From NCBI GenBank assembly GCA_002451275.1, contig DKBS01000028.1:1-59759 (forward strand): a DNA stretch of 59,759 nt, written 5' to 3'. Shown here in pieces: positions 9,695 to 19,189 of the stretch. This DNA is from Planctomycetaceae bacterium UBA6894 (GTDB lineage Bacteria > Planctomycetota > Planctomycetia > Gemmatales > Gemmataceae). The notes beneath the pieces are model-generated. The model had not been told where the DNA came from, ran no database searches, and was given only the letters and a program-made list of their open reading frames with translations. Each line of letters begins with the position of its first letter. Position 1 is the first letter of the stretch. The position numbers and the translations under genes were made by a program.

Positions 9695-10588
9695 TCACTG
9701 GGCCAGCGATTGTTCCTGGGCCTGCAGGGCCAGGGGTTTGGGAGCATCGGGCGCGGGGGCTTTCAGGGCCTGGCCGGTGCGGGCGACACGAATCACCAGC
9801 AGGCGACGGACCGGACGCTCGGTGTCGATCTGGGTGAGCCAGGAGAGTCCAAGCCCATCGACCGGCTTGTTGGAGCAACCGATGACCAGGTATTCGGAAG
9901 GGGCCAGATCCACCTCCACAGCCAACCCCTCGTATTTTTCCTGTTCCTGCCGCTGGGTGAGCTGCCAGGACATCACCCCCTCGGCATCGGTGACCGACTG
10001 GGGCTCAAACAGCATCTCGCCATGGCGCAGCACCGGCACCACCTTGACGGACAGTTTCTTTTCCTCACCGGGCTTGCAGGTGACTTCCCACTGGCATTGG
10101 GCCTTGGCGAACTCGACTGACTCGGACTGGTCTCCATCCCGCAGCGTGAAGCGGAGTGTCTCGTGCTTCAAGGCGGGGAAGGGCGAGTAAGGCTGGCCCA
10201 GACGGGTTTGCACCTGACGGGGCGCAACCGATGTTTTCTCGGAAGTGAGCAGGGCGAGAAAATCAGAAGGTGGATGGCCACCCAGCAGGCCGGCACGCAA
10301 ACCGTTGGCGGCCAGGTTGGCCTTGGACTCCAGGGGCAGGGCCTGCTCATCGACCATGGACCACAGTTCCTGGCCGACATAGCTGTCGGTGAGGGGCACC
10401 TCGATCACGGAAACCGCCATGGTGATGGCATCCGTGCCCTCCACGCCTGACAGGGGCAGCGGGGGACGGCGAACACCCCAGGACGCGGCTTTGTTCTCAT
10501 CCTCGCGCGAGTGCATGCAGCCGGAACACAACCCGAGGGTTGCGACCAGCAGCAGGGCAAGTCGTGCCAATGGCCCGCGCGCGGACAT
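9695..10588 (-). CDS. Hypothetical exported protein, probable lipoprotein
   Basis: N-terminus 'MSARGPLARLALLLVATLGLCSGC' is a signal peptide with a Cys-containing, lipobox-like end. I recognised no catalytic motif. Confidence 0.6.
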   Translation of the reverse strand: MSARGPLARLALLLVATLGLCSGCMHSREDENKAASWGVRRPPLPLSGVEGTDAITMAVSVIEVPLTDSYVGQELWSMVDEQALPLESKANLAANGLRAGLLGGHPPSDFLALLTSEKTSVAPRQVQTRLGQPYSPFPALKHETLRFTLRDGDQSESVEFAKAQCQWEVTCKPGEEKKLSVKVVPVLRHGEMLFEPQSVTDAEGVMSWQLTQRQEQEKYEGLAVEVDLAPSEYLVIGCSNKPVDGLGLSWLTQIDTERPVRRLLVIRVARTGQALKAPAPDAPKPLALQAQEQSLAQ

Positions 10589-10789
10589 GAGTGTGGATAA
10601 CCCCCTTCGGACAGACCCCCCGGTTCGTCCGTAGGGGCGCGCCATGCCCTGCGTGGGCCTGCCGCGTCAAGAGGAAAGCGGCCCAAACCCCGGGCAGTGG
10701 GCCCCGGCAATGACTTGCGGCACCCGGGATTGGGTGAAACGATAGGGACCTGACGAGAGTGAGGCGCCACCGCTTAGGGAGAGCTGTTG

Positions 10790-11560
10790 ATGGGACCCCT
10801 GATGGGACAATTCAGGCTGGATGGCAAAACGGCGCTGGTAACCGGCGGCAGCAAGGGGTTGGGGCTGGCGATGGCCCGCATCCTGGGCGAGGCCGGCGCC
10901 TCGGTGGTGATCTGCAGCCGGAATGCCGCCGAGCTAGAGAAGGCGCTGGGCCAGATTGAGGTGGGGGGAACCGCCCGCAAGGGTTTTGTGGTGGCGGACC
11001 TGGGAAAACGGACGGAAGCGGAACGCCTGGCCGAGGTGGTGCAGCGCGAGTACGGCACGGTGGACATTCTGGTGAACAACGCAGGCACCAACAAACCGCA
11101 ACCCATCGATGCAATTGACGATGCGGTGTGGGACGCGGTGATGGAGTTGAACCTGAACAGCGTGATGGCACTGAGCCGCGCCCTGTGCAAGGGGATGAAG
11201 GCCCGCGGCTGGGGCCGGATTGTGCATATCAGTTCCATCATGGGGCTTTTGAGCAAAGAGAAACGCAATGTGTATTCCGCCACCAAGTCGGCCCTTTTGG
11301 GGCTGTGCCGGGCAATGGCCCTCGATCTGGGGCCCCATGGAGTCACGGTGAACTGCCTTTCGCCCGGGCCGTTTTTGACCGACTTGCCGATGTACGTGCT
11401 GAGCGATGCCGAAAAACAGGCGTTTTCCGACCACACGGCGCTGGGGCGATGGGGCCAAACCGAGGAATTGGCCGGGCCGCTGCTCTTGCTGGCCAGTGAG
11501 GCAGGTCGTTATATCACCGGGGCCAACCTGGTGGTGGATGGTGGGTACATCATTCGCTGA
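10790..11560 (+). CDS. SDR-family oxidoreductase (gluconate 5-dehydrogenase-like)
   Basis: 'GKTALVTGGSKGLGLAMA' (TGxxxGxG), 'NNAGT' and 'YSATKSALLGL' (YxxxK). The exact start is ambiguous among 10787 (TTG), 10790 and 10802. Confidence 0.85.
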   Translation: MGPLMGQFRLDGKTALVTGGSKGLGLAMARILGEAGASVVICSRNAAELEKALGQIEVGGTARKGFVVADLGKRTEAERLAEVVQREYGTVDILVNNAGTNKPQPIDAIDDAVWDAVMELNLNSVMALSRALCKGMKARGWGRIVHISSIMGLLSKEKRNVYSATKSALLGLCRAMALDLGPHGVTVNCLSPGPFLTDLPMYVLSDAEKQAFSDHTALGRWGQTEELAGPLLLLASEAGRYITGANLVVDGGYIIR

Positions 11561-11731
11561 AACGGCCCCCTGTGACCAGCGGGGCAATCGCCCCAATCGT
11601 TTGTAATTTGGGGGGATTGGCCTTTTGGGGAATCATGGTTTATTGCCCAGCCCTCCGGTGTGGGTTAGACTAAAGTTACTTCACACCCGGGGCCGAATGG
11701 ACAGTTGATTGCCTCACCCAGTGGATTTTCC

Positions 11732-12136
11732 ATGATGAAAATCGGGTCCATCCACGAAGAGTGCCTCAAGGAAGAGGCCTCCTTCAAGTGGATTGAGAGT
11801 GAGAAAGCCGGAAGGGATTTGGGCGACACGGCCACGCGCCGGTGGGTCCAGATCCACTGGTGGGGTTATTTGCGAGCCCGCTGGCTGGAGCACCTGCAAG
11901 GCAAATGTTTCTGGATTGAACTGGATCGCGGTGATTTTGGGCTTCTGCCCCGCCTCTTCACTGAACACGGTCAACTGCTCAACGACATCATCGACCGCTT
12001 GAAAAATGGCCAAGAAAACCTAGATATCATCCTTTGGGCCCAAGACAGCAAAATCGATCTACAGCCGGTCCGCGATATTCTGGAAAAACTCGACATCAAC
12101 TCCCGCCGCCTTGCCCATCGATTCGACGCGAATTAA
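11732..12136 (+). CDS. Hypothetical protein
   Basis: 135-aa ORF from an ATG, in an otherwise gene-free gap. It contains a 'WIESEKAGRDLG' motif and shows coding-like composition. I could not name a family confidently. Confidence 0.5.
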   Translation: MMKIGSIHEECLKEEASFKWIESEKAGRDLGDTATRRWVQIHWWGYLRARWLEHLQGKCFWIELDRGDFGLLPRLFTEHGQLLNDIIDRLKNGQENLDIILWAQDSKIDLQPVRDILEKLDINSRRLAHRFDAN

Positions 12137-12226
12137 AACCCGCTATCACTAGCCAGCGATTGTCTTGATAGACTTTCAGCTGCTTAGGGTCACCCATTGG
12201 GCCCGGGATTGGGTTTTTGATGGGTT

Positions 12227-15052
12227 TCAAGCCGCCTGGGCCATGGGCCGGGCGGGCTTCTCCAGTTCCAGTTGCGGGGCGGTGGCCACGCCGATGCGCA
12301 CACCGCGCAGCAGGGCTGGCAGCAGGGTCAGGGCACAAAGCATGCAGGCAGCCACGCCGGTGGCGAGCAGGAGACCGAGGCTGTGCAGGCCCTGGTGGCC
12401 ACTGAAGGCAAGGGTGCCGAAACCAAGCACGGTGGTGAGGCCCGCCAGCAGGATGCCCTGCAGCGTGCCGGGGTGCAGACGGTAACGACGGGTGGTGTCC
12501 TCGCGGTGGAGCCAGTCGTGCAACACATGCACGCCGTTATCGACCCCCACCCCGAGGATGAGCGGTAGGGCGATGAGGTTGGCGGGATTGAGTGCCAACC
12601 CCAGCCAGCCCATCAGCCCAAGGGCAGCCACGAGACCGCCCGTGAGCGGGGCCAACGCCAGAACCACCAGACGGAAATTGCGCAAATCGAAGGCCAGCAC
12701 GCAGGTGATGGCAACCAGGGACAACATGCCGGCGCGCAGAAAGCCCAGGCGCATGCCTTCCAGCCCTTCCAGCGTGGTGTAGGGTTTGCCGGTTGCTTCC
12801 GGGGCAATCGATGCGACGGCATCATTGAACCGCGCGAGAGCGGCCGGTTCCCACAATTCGTCGCGGGCGAACACCCGCAGCAGGAAGTTGCCCCGGGCAT
12901 CCATGTGGCGCCCCCGGAAATCGGCCGGCAAGTCGGTTGCGGTGATGTAGCCGGGCTGGGACACGGAACGGAGTTTGTGGAGGTTGCCCAGCAGCTCGGC
13001 GGCCATGCGGTCATCGAGACGGGCAAGGCTGGCAGCGGCTACCGGGGGGGGCACCGCCGCGAGCGCGGACTTGAGTTGGGCACAGGATCCGAGGAGCGTC
13101 TCCTTCAGGGTGCCATCCGCCAGGTCGGAGGCGGCCAACTGGGTGGCCAGTTGATCCACCTCGGTGATGATGGCCTGGGCGCTGGACCGCGGATGCATGA
13201 GGGGGGCGTTTTTTTCGGGCAGGCGGACCAGGCGCTCGCGGATCTCGGCGAGGAGGGGTTCCTTGGCGGCCTGTTCGGACAGGGGAGGCAGCAGCGTGGC
13301 GGTCTCGCTCACCAGACCCACCTCGGGCAGGGCCTCGAGCTTGGCCTTCAGGTCCAGCGCCTGCTCACGGCTATCGGCCCAGACGAGGGCATGCCACGAC
13401 GCCCCCTTGGTGGAGGCCAGCAGGCGCTTTTCCCACTGGACTGAAGGCAGGTTGTCGCCCTGCAGGCGCAGCAAGTTGGCATCGTACCGGGTCCACCAGC
13501 AGCCGGTGGCCAAAACAACCCACACGGCGAGACCGATGGCCAGCGCCAAGCCAGGCCGGGCAGCCCATGAACTGGCCCAACCGGCGTTGCCCTCGGGAAC
13601 CGGCAGACGGATCACGCCGGATTGGGCGGGTTGTTCACGAATCAGCACACTCAACAAAGGTGGGGCCAGGCTGAGCGCGCTGAGGCCACACAGCAGCAGG
13701 CCTCCCCCGGCGATGAGCCCCAGTTCGGCCACGGCCTGAAAATCGGCCAGCATGGTCGCAAAAAAAGCCAGCATGCCCGTGATTGCGGCGGTGATGATGG
13801 ACGGGCCGGTTGCGGCTGCCGCGCGCACGAGGGCGGCGCGTGCGGCGGCCCGGGAGCTATCGCGCAGGGCGTCGCGTTCGCGCTGGAAGCGGCTGACCAG
13901 CAGCACCGCGTAGTCGCCCATGCCAATCAGCATGACCGCGAAGGTTGCCGACAGCAGGTTGAGATGGCCTACCGCCAGCGTGGCGAAACCGAGGGCCCAA
14001 ACCGTTCCGGCCAGCAGGGGCAGCGCGCTGGCCAAAGGAGCCCGCCACTGGCGGAAGACCCAGGCATAGAGCGTGAGCACACCCAAAAACGCCAGCCAAC
14101 TGGCCCGGGTGCTGTCGCGGGTGCTGGCATCCATCTCATCGCATTCCAGCACGGGGAGACCGGTGAGGCCGACTTCGAGCCCGGGGTATCCGGCAGCCAC
14201 CCCGGAAATGATTGCCCGGGCGCGTCGGACGCCGGCCACCTGCGGGCACATGGGGTCGGAAGCATCAGGAACAGGGCTGGCGAGCAGAAAGGAAAACTTG
14301 CCGTCGTCGCTGCGGAGGCGCTGGGGTTCGAGAAGCATTTTCTCGCGTGGGTCGGCCCCGCCGGCGGGTTGCCACAGTTTGGTTTCCCGCCCCTGACCAC
14401 TGACCTCGGCGGTGGCGGCGCGGAGCAGGCTGTTCAATTGGGCCAGAACCTGGCTGTCAATCTCGGCGCCGGGTTTGCCCTGGGCCTTGCGCCTACGGTC
14501 CTCCTCGGTCTCAGTGGCGACAGCCTTCAGGCGGTGGCGGGTTTCAAAGATGAGGTTGCGCAGCGTGAACAGGTTCCACCCCAGGGGCAGGTCGAGCAGC
14601 GGGCGCATGGTGCGCAGTTCGCGCACGATCGACTCGATCTGGCGGGTGTCGTTCAGCAGCATGGAGCGGTTGGCAATGGGACGCAGGTCCACCTCGCGCC
14701 AGATGCGGTTGAAGCGTTCGGGTTCGGCACGGAACCGGGCCTCTACCTCTGACAGGAATTGATCCTGCAGGGCCGGATCGGAACCACCAGCCACCACGAC
14801 CATGTCATCCTCGGAGCCGACGCGATCGAGATGTTCCTTCCAGCGCTTCTGCACCGGCTTGGAACTGCTGATCATGTCGTTGCGGCTGGTCATGAAACGG
14901 AGGCGTGTGGCCGCGTACCCGCCAGCCAGGACCGTGAGGAGCAAACCGGCCACCAGAAACCACGCGGGGTGGTCCCATGCCCACCCCGCCACACGGGCCG
15001 TGAGGCGCCCCAAGGTGGTGGTGTTTTCCGCGGGATGTTGGTCAGAACGCAT
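12227..15052 (-). CDS. MMPL/RND-superfamily exporter (HpnN-like, two 6-TM bundles)
   Basis: About 940 aa with two hydrophobic TM blocks and large loops, for example 'LNLLSATFAVMLIGMGDYAVLL' and 'ALPLILGVGVDNGVHVLH'. I chose the start at ATG 15052, ahead of the first TM 'AWFLVAGLLLTVLAGG'. Confidence 0.8.
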   Translation of the reverse strand: MRSDQHPAENTTTLGRLTARVAGWAWDHPAWFLVAGLLLTVLAGGYAATRLRFMTSRNDMISSSKPVQKRWKEHLDRVGSEDDMVVVAGGSDPALQDQFLSEVEARFRAEPERFNRIWREVDLRPIANRSMLLNDTRQIESIVRELRTMRPLLDLPLGWNLFTLRNLIFETRHRLKAVATETEEDRRRKAQGKPGAEIDSQVLAQLNSLLRAATAEVSGQGRETKLWQPAGGADPREKMLLEPQRLRSDDGKFSFLLASPVPDASDPMCPQVAGVRRARAIISGVAAGYPGLEVGLTGLPVLECDEMDASTRDSTRASWLAFLGVLTLYAWVFRQWRAPLASALPLLAGTVWALGFATLAVGHLNLLSATFAVMLIGMGDYAVLLVSRFQRERDALRDSSRAAARAALVRAAAATGPSIITAAITGMLAFFATMLADFQAVAELGLIAGGGLLLCGLSALSLAPPLLSVLIREQPAQSGVIRLPVPEGNAGWASSWAARPGLALAIGLAVWVVLATGCWWTRYDANLLRLQGDNLPSVQWEKRLLASTKGASWHALVWADSREQALDLKAKLEALPEVGLVSETATLLPPLSEQAAKEPLLAEIRERLVRLPEKNAPLMHPRSSAQAIITEVDQLATQLAASDLADGTLKETLLGSCAQLKSALAAVPPPVAAASLARLDDRMAAELLGNLHKLRSVSQPGYITATDLPADFRGRHMDARGNFLLRVFARDELWEPAALARFNDAVASIAPEATGKPYTTLEGLEGMRLGFLRAGMLSLVAITCVLAFDLRNFRLVVLALAPLTGGLVAALGLMGWLGLALNPANLIALPLILGVGVDNGVHVLHDWLHREDTTRRYRLHPGTLQGILLAGLTTVLGFGTLAFSGHQGLHSLGLLLATGVAACMLCALTLLPALLRGVRIGVATAPQLELEKPARPMAQAA

Positions 15053-15328
15053 ACGGCCGCTCACTCCCGGATCCAATCCGCAACGGCACACCGTGCGGAT
15101 TTGGCGCGGGACTATAGGATTTGGGCGATTGGGAAGCAAGCGGAAGGACCGATGGCCCATGCGGCCCATTTGTCCCATTTTTACAATTGGAGCCAGTCGG
15201 AATCTCCTCCCCCTGTCTTCGCAAAAAGATGGAGGATTCGCCGCCATGTCCTTGGTGGCCCGGCCCCTTTCGTGTTAATTGTGAAAAGGTTGGTGTTTTT
15301 TCATTAATATATCCGGAGTGGTTCCACC

Positions 15329-16504
15329 ATGACCCGCTTGCACGCCTTGGGAGCTCTGGCACTGACCGGCACTTGCTTGAGTTTGACGGTGGCCCAGGAA
15401 AAGTCGGTACCCGCCAAGAAAATCGTCCTGCCCGGGGCGGCACAACCAGGTGGTGCCCCGCTGCCTCCGGCGAACAGTCCGGCCGGCAAGGAACTGATGG
15501 CGTTGCGGTCGCAATTCAGCGTGCAACAGAGCCAAGTACTTGCCAAATTGCGCGCGACGGACAGCGAGGCGGAACGCATTGAACTGGTGAAGCAGTTGCC
15601 CAAATCTGAGCCCGTGGCGCAAAAGGCCTTGGAAATCGGGAAGAAAAATCTAGAAGACGAGGCGGCCTTTGACGCGCTGCAATACGCCAGCACGCTTGGC
15701 TCGCTTCCCACCAGCAAAGCTGGGGTGGAAGCGCGCGATATCCTGTTCAGCAAATTCATCGCCCATCCCAAGATGAAGGCGATGATCGGGACACTGACCA
15801 GTACCCCGGATGGCCGGCAGCAGGCAAAGGCCCTGCTGGCCAATGAAAAATTGCCGCGCGACATGAAGGGGCAGATTCTGTTCTCGCTGGCCCAGGACGC
15901 GCAGAACAACGCGCGTCGCGGGCTTTCCCCCCAGGAGCAGGAGAAAGCGCTGGAAGAGGCCGCCAAGCAATATGAACTGATTGTGAAGGATTTCGCGGAT
16001 GTGCCCGCGCAACGCACCGGCACCCTGGGTGACCTGGCCAAACCGGCCCTTTTTGAGATCCGCAATCTGAGCGCCGGCAAGATGGCCCCCGAAGTGACCT
16101 GCTGGAGGCTGGATGAAGGCAAGGAAGTGGAGGACAAGCTGTCCAACTACAAGGGCAAGGTGGTGGTGCTGGACATCTGGGCCACCTGGTGTGGGCCTTG
16201 CAGGGCGATGATCCCGCATGAACGGGAAATGGTGGAACGGCTGAAGGACAAACCGTTCGCGCTGATCTCGGTGAGCGGCGACGACAAGGTGGAAACGCTG
16301 CGCACCTTCCTGGAAAAGGAGAAAATGCCTTGGACGCACTGGTTCGCCGAGCGGAAGGGCATCCTCAAGGACTGGAACATCCGGTATTTCCCCACCATCT
16401 ATATCCTTGACCACACCGGCAAGATCCGCTTCAAGGATCTGCGTGGCGAGAAGATGGAAGAGGCGGTGAATGAACTGCTGGCGGAGATGAAAGAAGCGAA
16501 GTAA
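15329..16504 (+). CDS. Exported TlpA/ResA-like thiol-disulfide oxidoreductase with an N-terminal helical domain
   Basis: Signal peptide 'MTRLHALGALALTGTCLSLTVAQE'. The C-terminal thioredoxin fold carries 'VVVLDIWATWCGPCRAMIP' (WCxPC). Confidence 0.8.
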   Translation: MTRLHALGALALTGTCLSLTVAQEKSVPAKKIVLPGAAQPGGAPLPPANSPAGKELMALRSQFSVQQSQVLAKLRATDSEAERIELVKQLPKSEPVAQKALEIGKKNLEDEAAFDALQYASTLGSLPTSKAGVEARDILFSKFIAHPKMKAMIGTLTSTPDGRQQAKALLANEKLPRDMKGQILFSLAQDAQNNARRGLSPQEQEKALEEAAKQYELIVKDFADVPAQRTGTLGDLAKPALFEIRNLSAGKMAPEVTCWRLDEGKEVEDKLSNYKGKVVVLDIWATWCGPCRAMIPHEREMVERLKDKPFALISVSGDDKVETLRTFLEKEKMPWTHWFAERKGILKDWNIRYFPTIYILDHTGKIRFKDLRGEKMEEAVNELLAEMKEAK

Positions 16505-16529
16505 TCTTTGGAAGCCCGAACCGCCTCCA

Positions 16530-16566
16530 CCCCCGCCTCGGCTGCCCGTGGCGGGGGTTTGGTTTT
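16530..16566 (+). terminator. Probable intrinsic terminator after the thioredoxin-like gene
   Basis: 8-bp G/C stem cccccgcc / ggcggggg with a 12-nt loop, followed by tttggtttt. Confidence 0.45.
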
Positions 16567-16583
16567 CAGGCGGGCCACTTGTA

Positions 16584-17711
16584 TCAGCGTCGCCGGTAAC
16601 TTTCGCGGACACTTTTGCCCGAAGGGTCCTTGAAAGTGAAATCAACCGATTTCTCGCCCTGCAGGGTGTAGCGGATTTGGTGTTCGGCCCCCTGCAGGTT
16701 GTAGCGCAGGGTGTAGGTTTTTGCGTCCTCGTCGCGGTCGAACCCGGTGATCCTGGCGCCACGGAGGGGTCTGCCGGGGGGACGGGCGGGCGAATCCTTG
16801 GGCTGGGGCTCGATGCCATCGCCCCGCACCCGCACCACACCGCGCATGGCGCCGATGGTGTAGGGGTATTGCCTGGAAGCGTAGTAACGGTATTGGCCAT
16901 CCGCATCCAGCCGGCCATGGCATTCATCGAGATTATCCGGAACCTTGCCCTCGGCATCGGTGACACCCATGATCGGGTAACCGTCGAGGGCGTAGGCGAT
17001 GGGCTTCCCCTTGCCGACCACTTTCTCCAGGTGCAGCGGGGCCACATGGTAGTGGTAATCATCGCCCTTGCCGCAATGGCCGCCAAACTCATCCAGCTCG
17101 CCAATGAGGAATGCATCTTCCCCGCGGTTGTTGAGGGCGTTGAAAATGGGTACGCCATTCACCGCAACAGCGATGGCCCCGCGCATGAGGTTGGCGCGGG
17201 TGGACAGGGGTTTTGCCGCCTTGCGCGGCTCGATGGGGATGCGCCAGGCGTTTCCGCCCCGGTAGGGCTGGGGCAGCGGCACCTGTTGCTGCCAGTTGGT
17301 GATGCCCACCATCATGGGGTGGGCGGGAAAACCATTGGAGCCCACCAGAAGGTGGTCGCCATCCCAATCCAGTTCGAGCTGGTCCTTGAAAGCCGCGAAA
17401 TGCTCCAGGGCCACAGGTTTGGGCCCTTTGGGTTTGGAAGGGCGCTGAGCGCATGCGGTCACACCGGCCGCCAGGCAAACCAGCAACACGAGGCCCAAGG
17501 CCGGGCCCGGGCGGAAGCCGCCATGCCTCGCCCCGGCCAACAGGACCACTGAGCCCAAAATTCCGAGGGCTACCCAAGCAGATGACCATTCCGAGGAGCT
17601 GGCGACATGATCCACATGCACCGGCTCGGGGACGCCGTGCCCCCCCGGATGGGCGTTGGCCGTCAGAGCCAACAGCATTCCAGCACCCAACGAGCCCATT
17701 AGTCGCAACAT
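16584..17711 (-). CDS. YHYH-domain protein, exported or membrane-anchored
   Basis: 'GHCGKGDDYHYHVAPLHL' matches the YHYH-family signature. The ATG at 17711 is preceded by GGGAGG and opens a signal-like 'MLRLMGSLGAGMLLALTANA'. The N-terminus is His-rich and has further hydrophobic segments plus a lipobox-like 'AAGVTAC'. Confidence 0.65.
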   Translation of the reverse strand: MLRLMGSLGAGMLLALTANAHPGGHGVPEPVHVDHVASSSEWSSAWVALGILGSVVLLAGARHGGFRPGPALGLVLLVCLAAGVTACAQRPSKPKGPKPVALEHFAAFKDQLELDWDGDHLLVGSNGFPAHPMMVGITNWQQQVPLPQPYRGGNAWRIPIEPRKAAKPLSTRANLMRGAIAVAVNGVPIFNALNNRGEDAFLIGELDEFGGHCGKGDDYHYHVAPLHLEKVVGKGKPIAYALDGYPIMGVTDAEGKVPDNLDECHGRLDADGQYRYYASRQYPYTIGAMRGVVRVRGDGIEPQPKDSPARPPGRPLRGARITGFDRDEDAKTYTLRYNLQGAEHQIRYTLQGEKSVDFTFKDPSGKSVRESYRRR

Positions 17712-17832
17712 CTGGCAGCCTCCCAGCCGGTCAGACCCCATGATGGCTTGCGGACCTGAAGAAGGCGTGAAGGGAGCACTTCAGATTGTTCCCCAAAACA
17801 GGGTCAACCTTTTGTGCGTGGTGCAAAGCGGC

Positions 17833-18432
17833 TCAGAGATTCAGCAGCAAACGCACGAACATCGCCATCAGGTGCGCGTTGTCGTGCCAGGTACGGGCGC
17901 TGACCAGGTTGCCATCCACCACCACCGGAACATCGACATAGGTACCGCCAAAAGCGGTGATATCGAGGGCGCATTTTGCCACCGTGGTGGCGGTACGGCC
18001 CTTCAGACAGCCGGCCGCGGCGGCGATCTCCACGCCGTGACAGACAATGGCCACGGGCTTGCCGGTCTGGAAGAAGTGTCTGGTGGCATCGAGCAGGTGG
18101 GGGTTGTAGCGGAGGTATTCAGGTGCACGACCACCGGACAGGAACAGGCCGGCATACTCGCCGGGAACCACATCCGCAAAAGCGACCGTTGCGCGGACAT
18201 GGTAGGCGGGCTGCTCGCGCGTGATGTCCCACGGGATGCCGGGTTCAGGCGGGATCTCGTGCATGGCACCGTGGTAGACCCTTGCCTGGGGGCCCGCGAC
18301 CACCACCTCAAAACCCTCCTCGCGCAGGCGGAAGATCGGGTAAAGGGTGTCGAGGACTTCGGTGCCATCGCCCAGAGGCAAGAGGATTTTCCCTTTGCCG
18401 GTCGGCAAACTTGGAAACGCGGGCCGGTCCAT
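17833..18432 (-). CDS. DJ-1/PfpI-family protein (class-I glutamine-amidotransferase-like fold)
   Basis: 'KPVAIVCHGVEIAAAAG' is the nucleophile-elbow Cys-His. The size of about 199 aa fits the family. The start at 18432 lies one nucleotide from the stop of the upstream rsmD. Confidence 0.8.
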   Translation of the reverse strand: MDRPAFPSLPTGKGKILLPLGDGTEVLDTLYPIFRLREEGFEVVVAGPQARVYHGAMHEIPPEPGIPWDITREQPAYHVRATVAFADVVPGEYAGLFLSGGRAPEYLRYNPHLLDATRHFFQTGKPVAIVCHGVEIAAAAGCLKGRTATTVAKCALDITAFGGTYVDVPVVVDGNLVSARTWHDNAHLMAMFVRLLLNL

Positions 18433-18433
18433 G

Positions 18434-19111
18434 TCACTCCTCGCTATCGACCTCGTCGAACTCCGCGTCCTCTCCCGCCTGGTCTTCCCCGCCCTCATCC
18501 TGCTCGGATTCTTCGGCATCATCCCCCTCCTGGGCGATGGGGCCGCCCCAGAACCAGAGGAGGTTTCGGCCGTATTTGCGCTTACGCCATTGGTCCTGAT
18601 CCGGCAGCTTCTCGAGCATGGGGCACTGCTCCGACTGCAGGATAAGGGTGCTGCCCTCTGGCAAGGCCTTTTGCAGCGCGGCGATCATCGCCAGCATCGC
18701 GTCAGAACGGCCGGTGAGATCGGGGAAGGGTGGGCTGAGGAAAACGATCCACTCGCCAGGCATGGGCTGCCAGCTTTCCGCCCAGCGGTAGGCATCGAGA
18801 CGGCTGACCACCCCGCGGTCGGCAATGCGGAACAGCTTGAGATGCTTTTCCAGGGCCACCGCCAGCTTGGGATCTTTCTCAATGAACCAGCAGCGATCGG
18901 CGTTGCGGCTGAGCGCCTCCATGCCAATGACGCCGGTACCGGCGAACACATCGACAAAGTGCACGCCCGAAAGGTCGCCCCCCAGGATGGAGAAAAGGGC
19001 CTCGCGGGCCCGCTGGGAGGTGGGGCGGAGGCTGGGATTGACCTCGCACTCGATTCTGCGACCGCGCAACTCGCCCGCGATGATGCGCACCGTGTTTTTT
19101 TTGCTAGGCAT
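18434..19111 (-). CDS. rsmD: 16S rRNA (guanine966-N2)-methyltransferase RsmD with an acidic C-terminal tail
   Basis: 'VRIIAGELRGRRI...RPTSQRAREALFSIL' and 'VDVFAGTGVIGMEALSRNA' are RsmD hallmarks. There is an extra C-terminal 'EGDDAEESEQDEGGEDQAGEDAEFDEVDSEE'. Confidence 0.8.
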   Translation of the reverse strand: MPSKKNTVRIIAGELRGRRIECEVNPSLRPTSQRAREALFSILGGDLSGVHFVDVFAGTGVIGMEALSRNADRCWFIEKDPKLAVALEKHLKLFRIADRGVVSRLDAYRWAESWQPMPGEWIVFLSPPFPDLTGRSDAMLAMIAALQKALPEGSTLILQSEQCPMLEKLPDQDQWRKRKYGRNLLWFWGGPIAQEGDDAEESEQDEGGEDQAGEDAEFDEVDSEE

Positions 19112-19189
19112 GACACCCTGATGGAATTGCACGCAACGATTCAGCCCACTAGCCCCCAGTGTACACGGCAGCAGCGGATTTCGGTGGGA

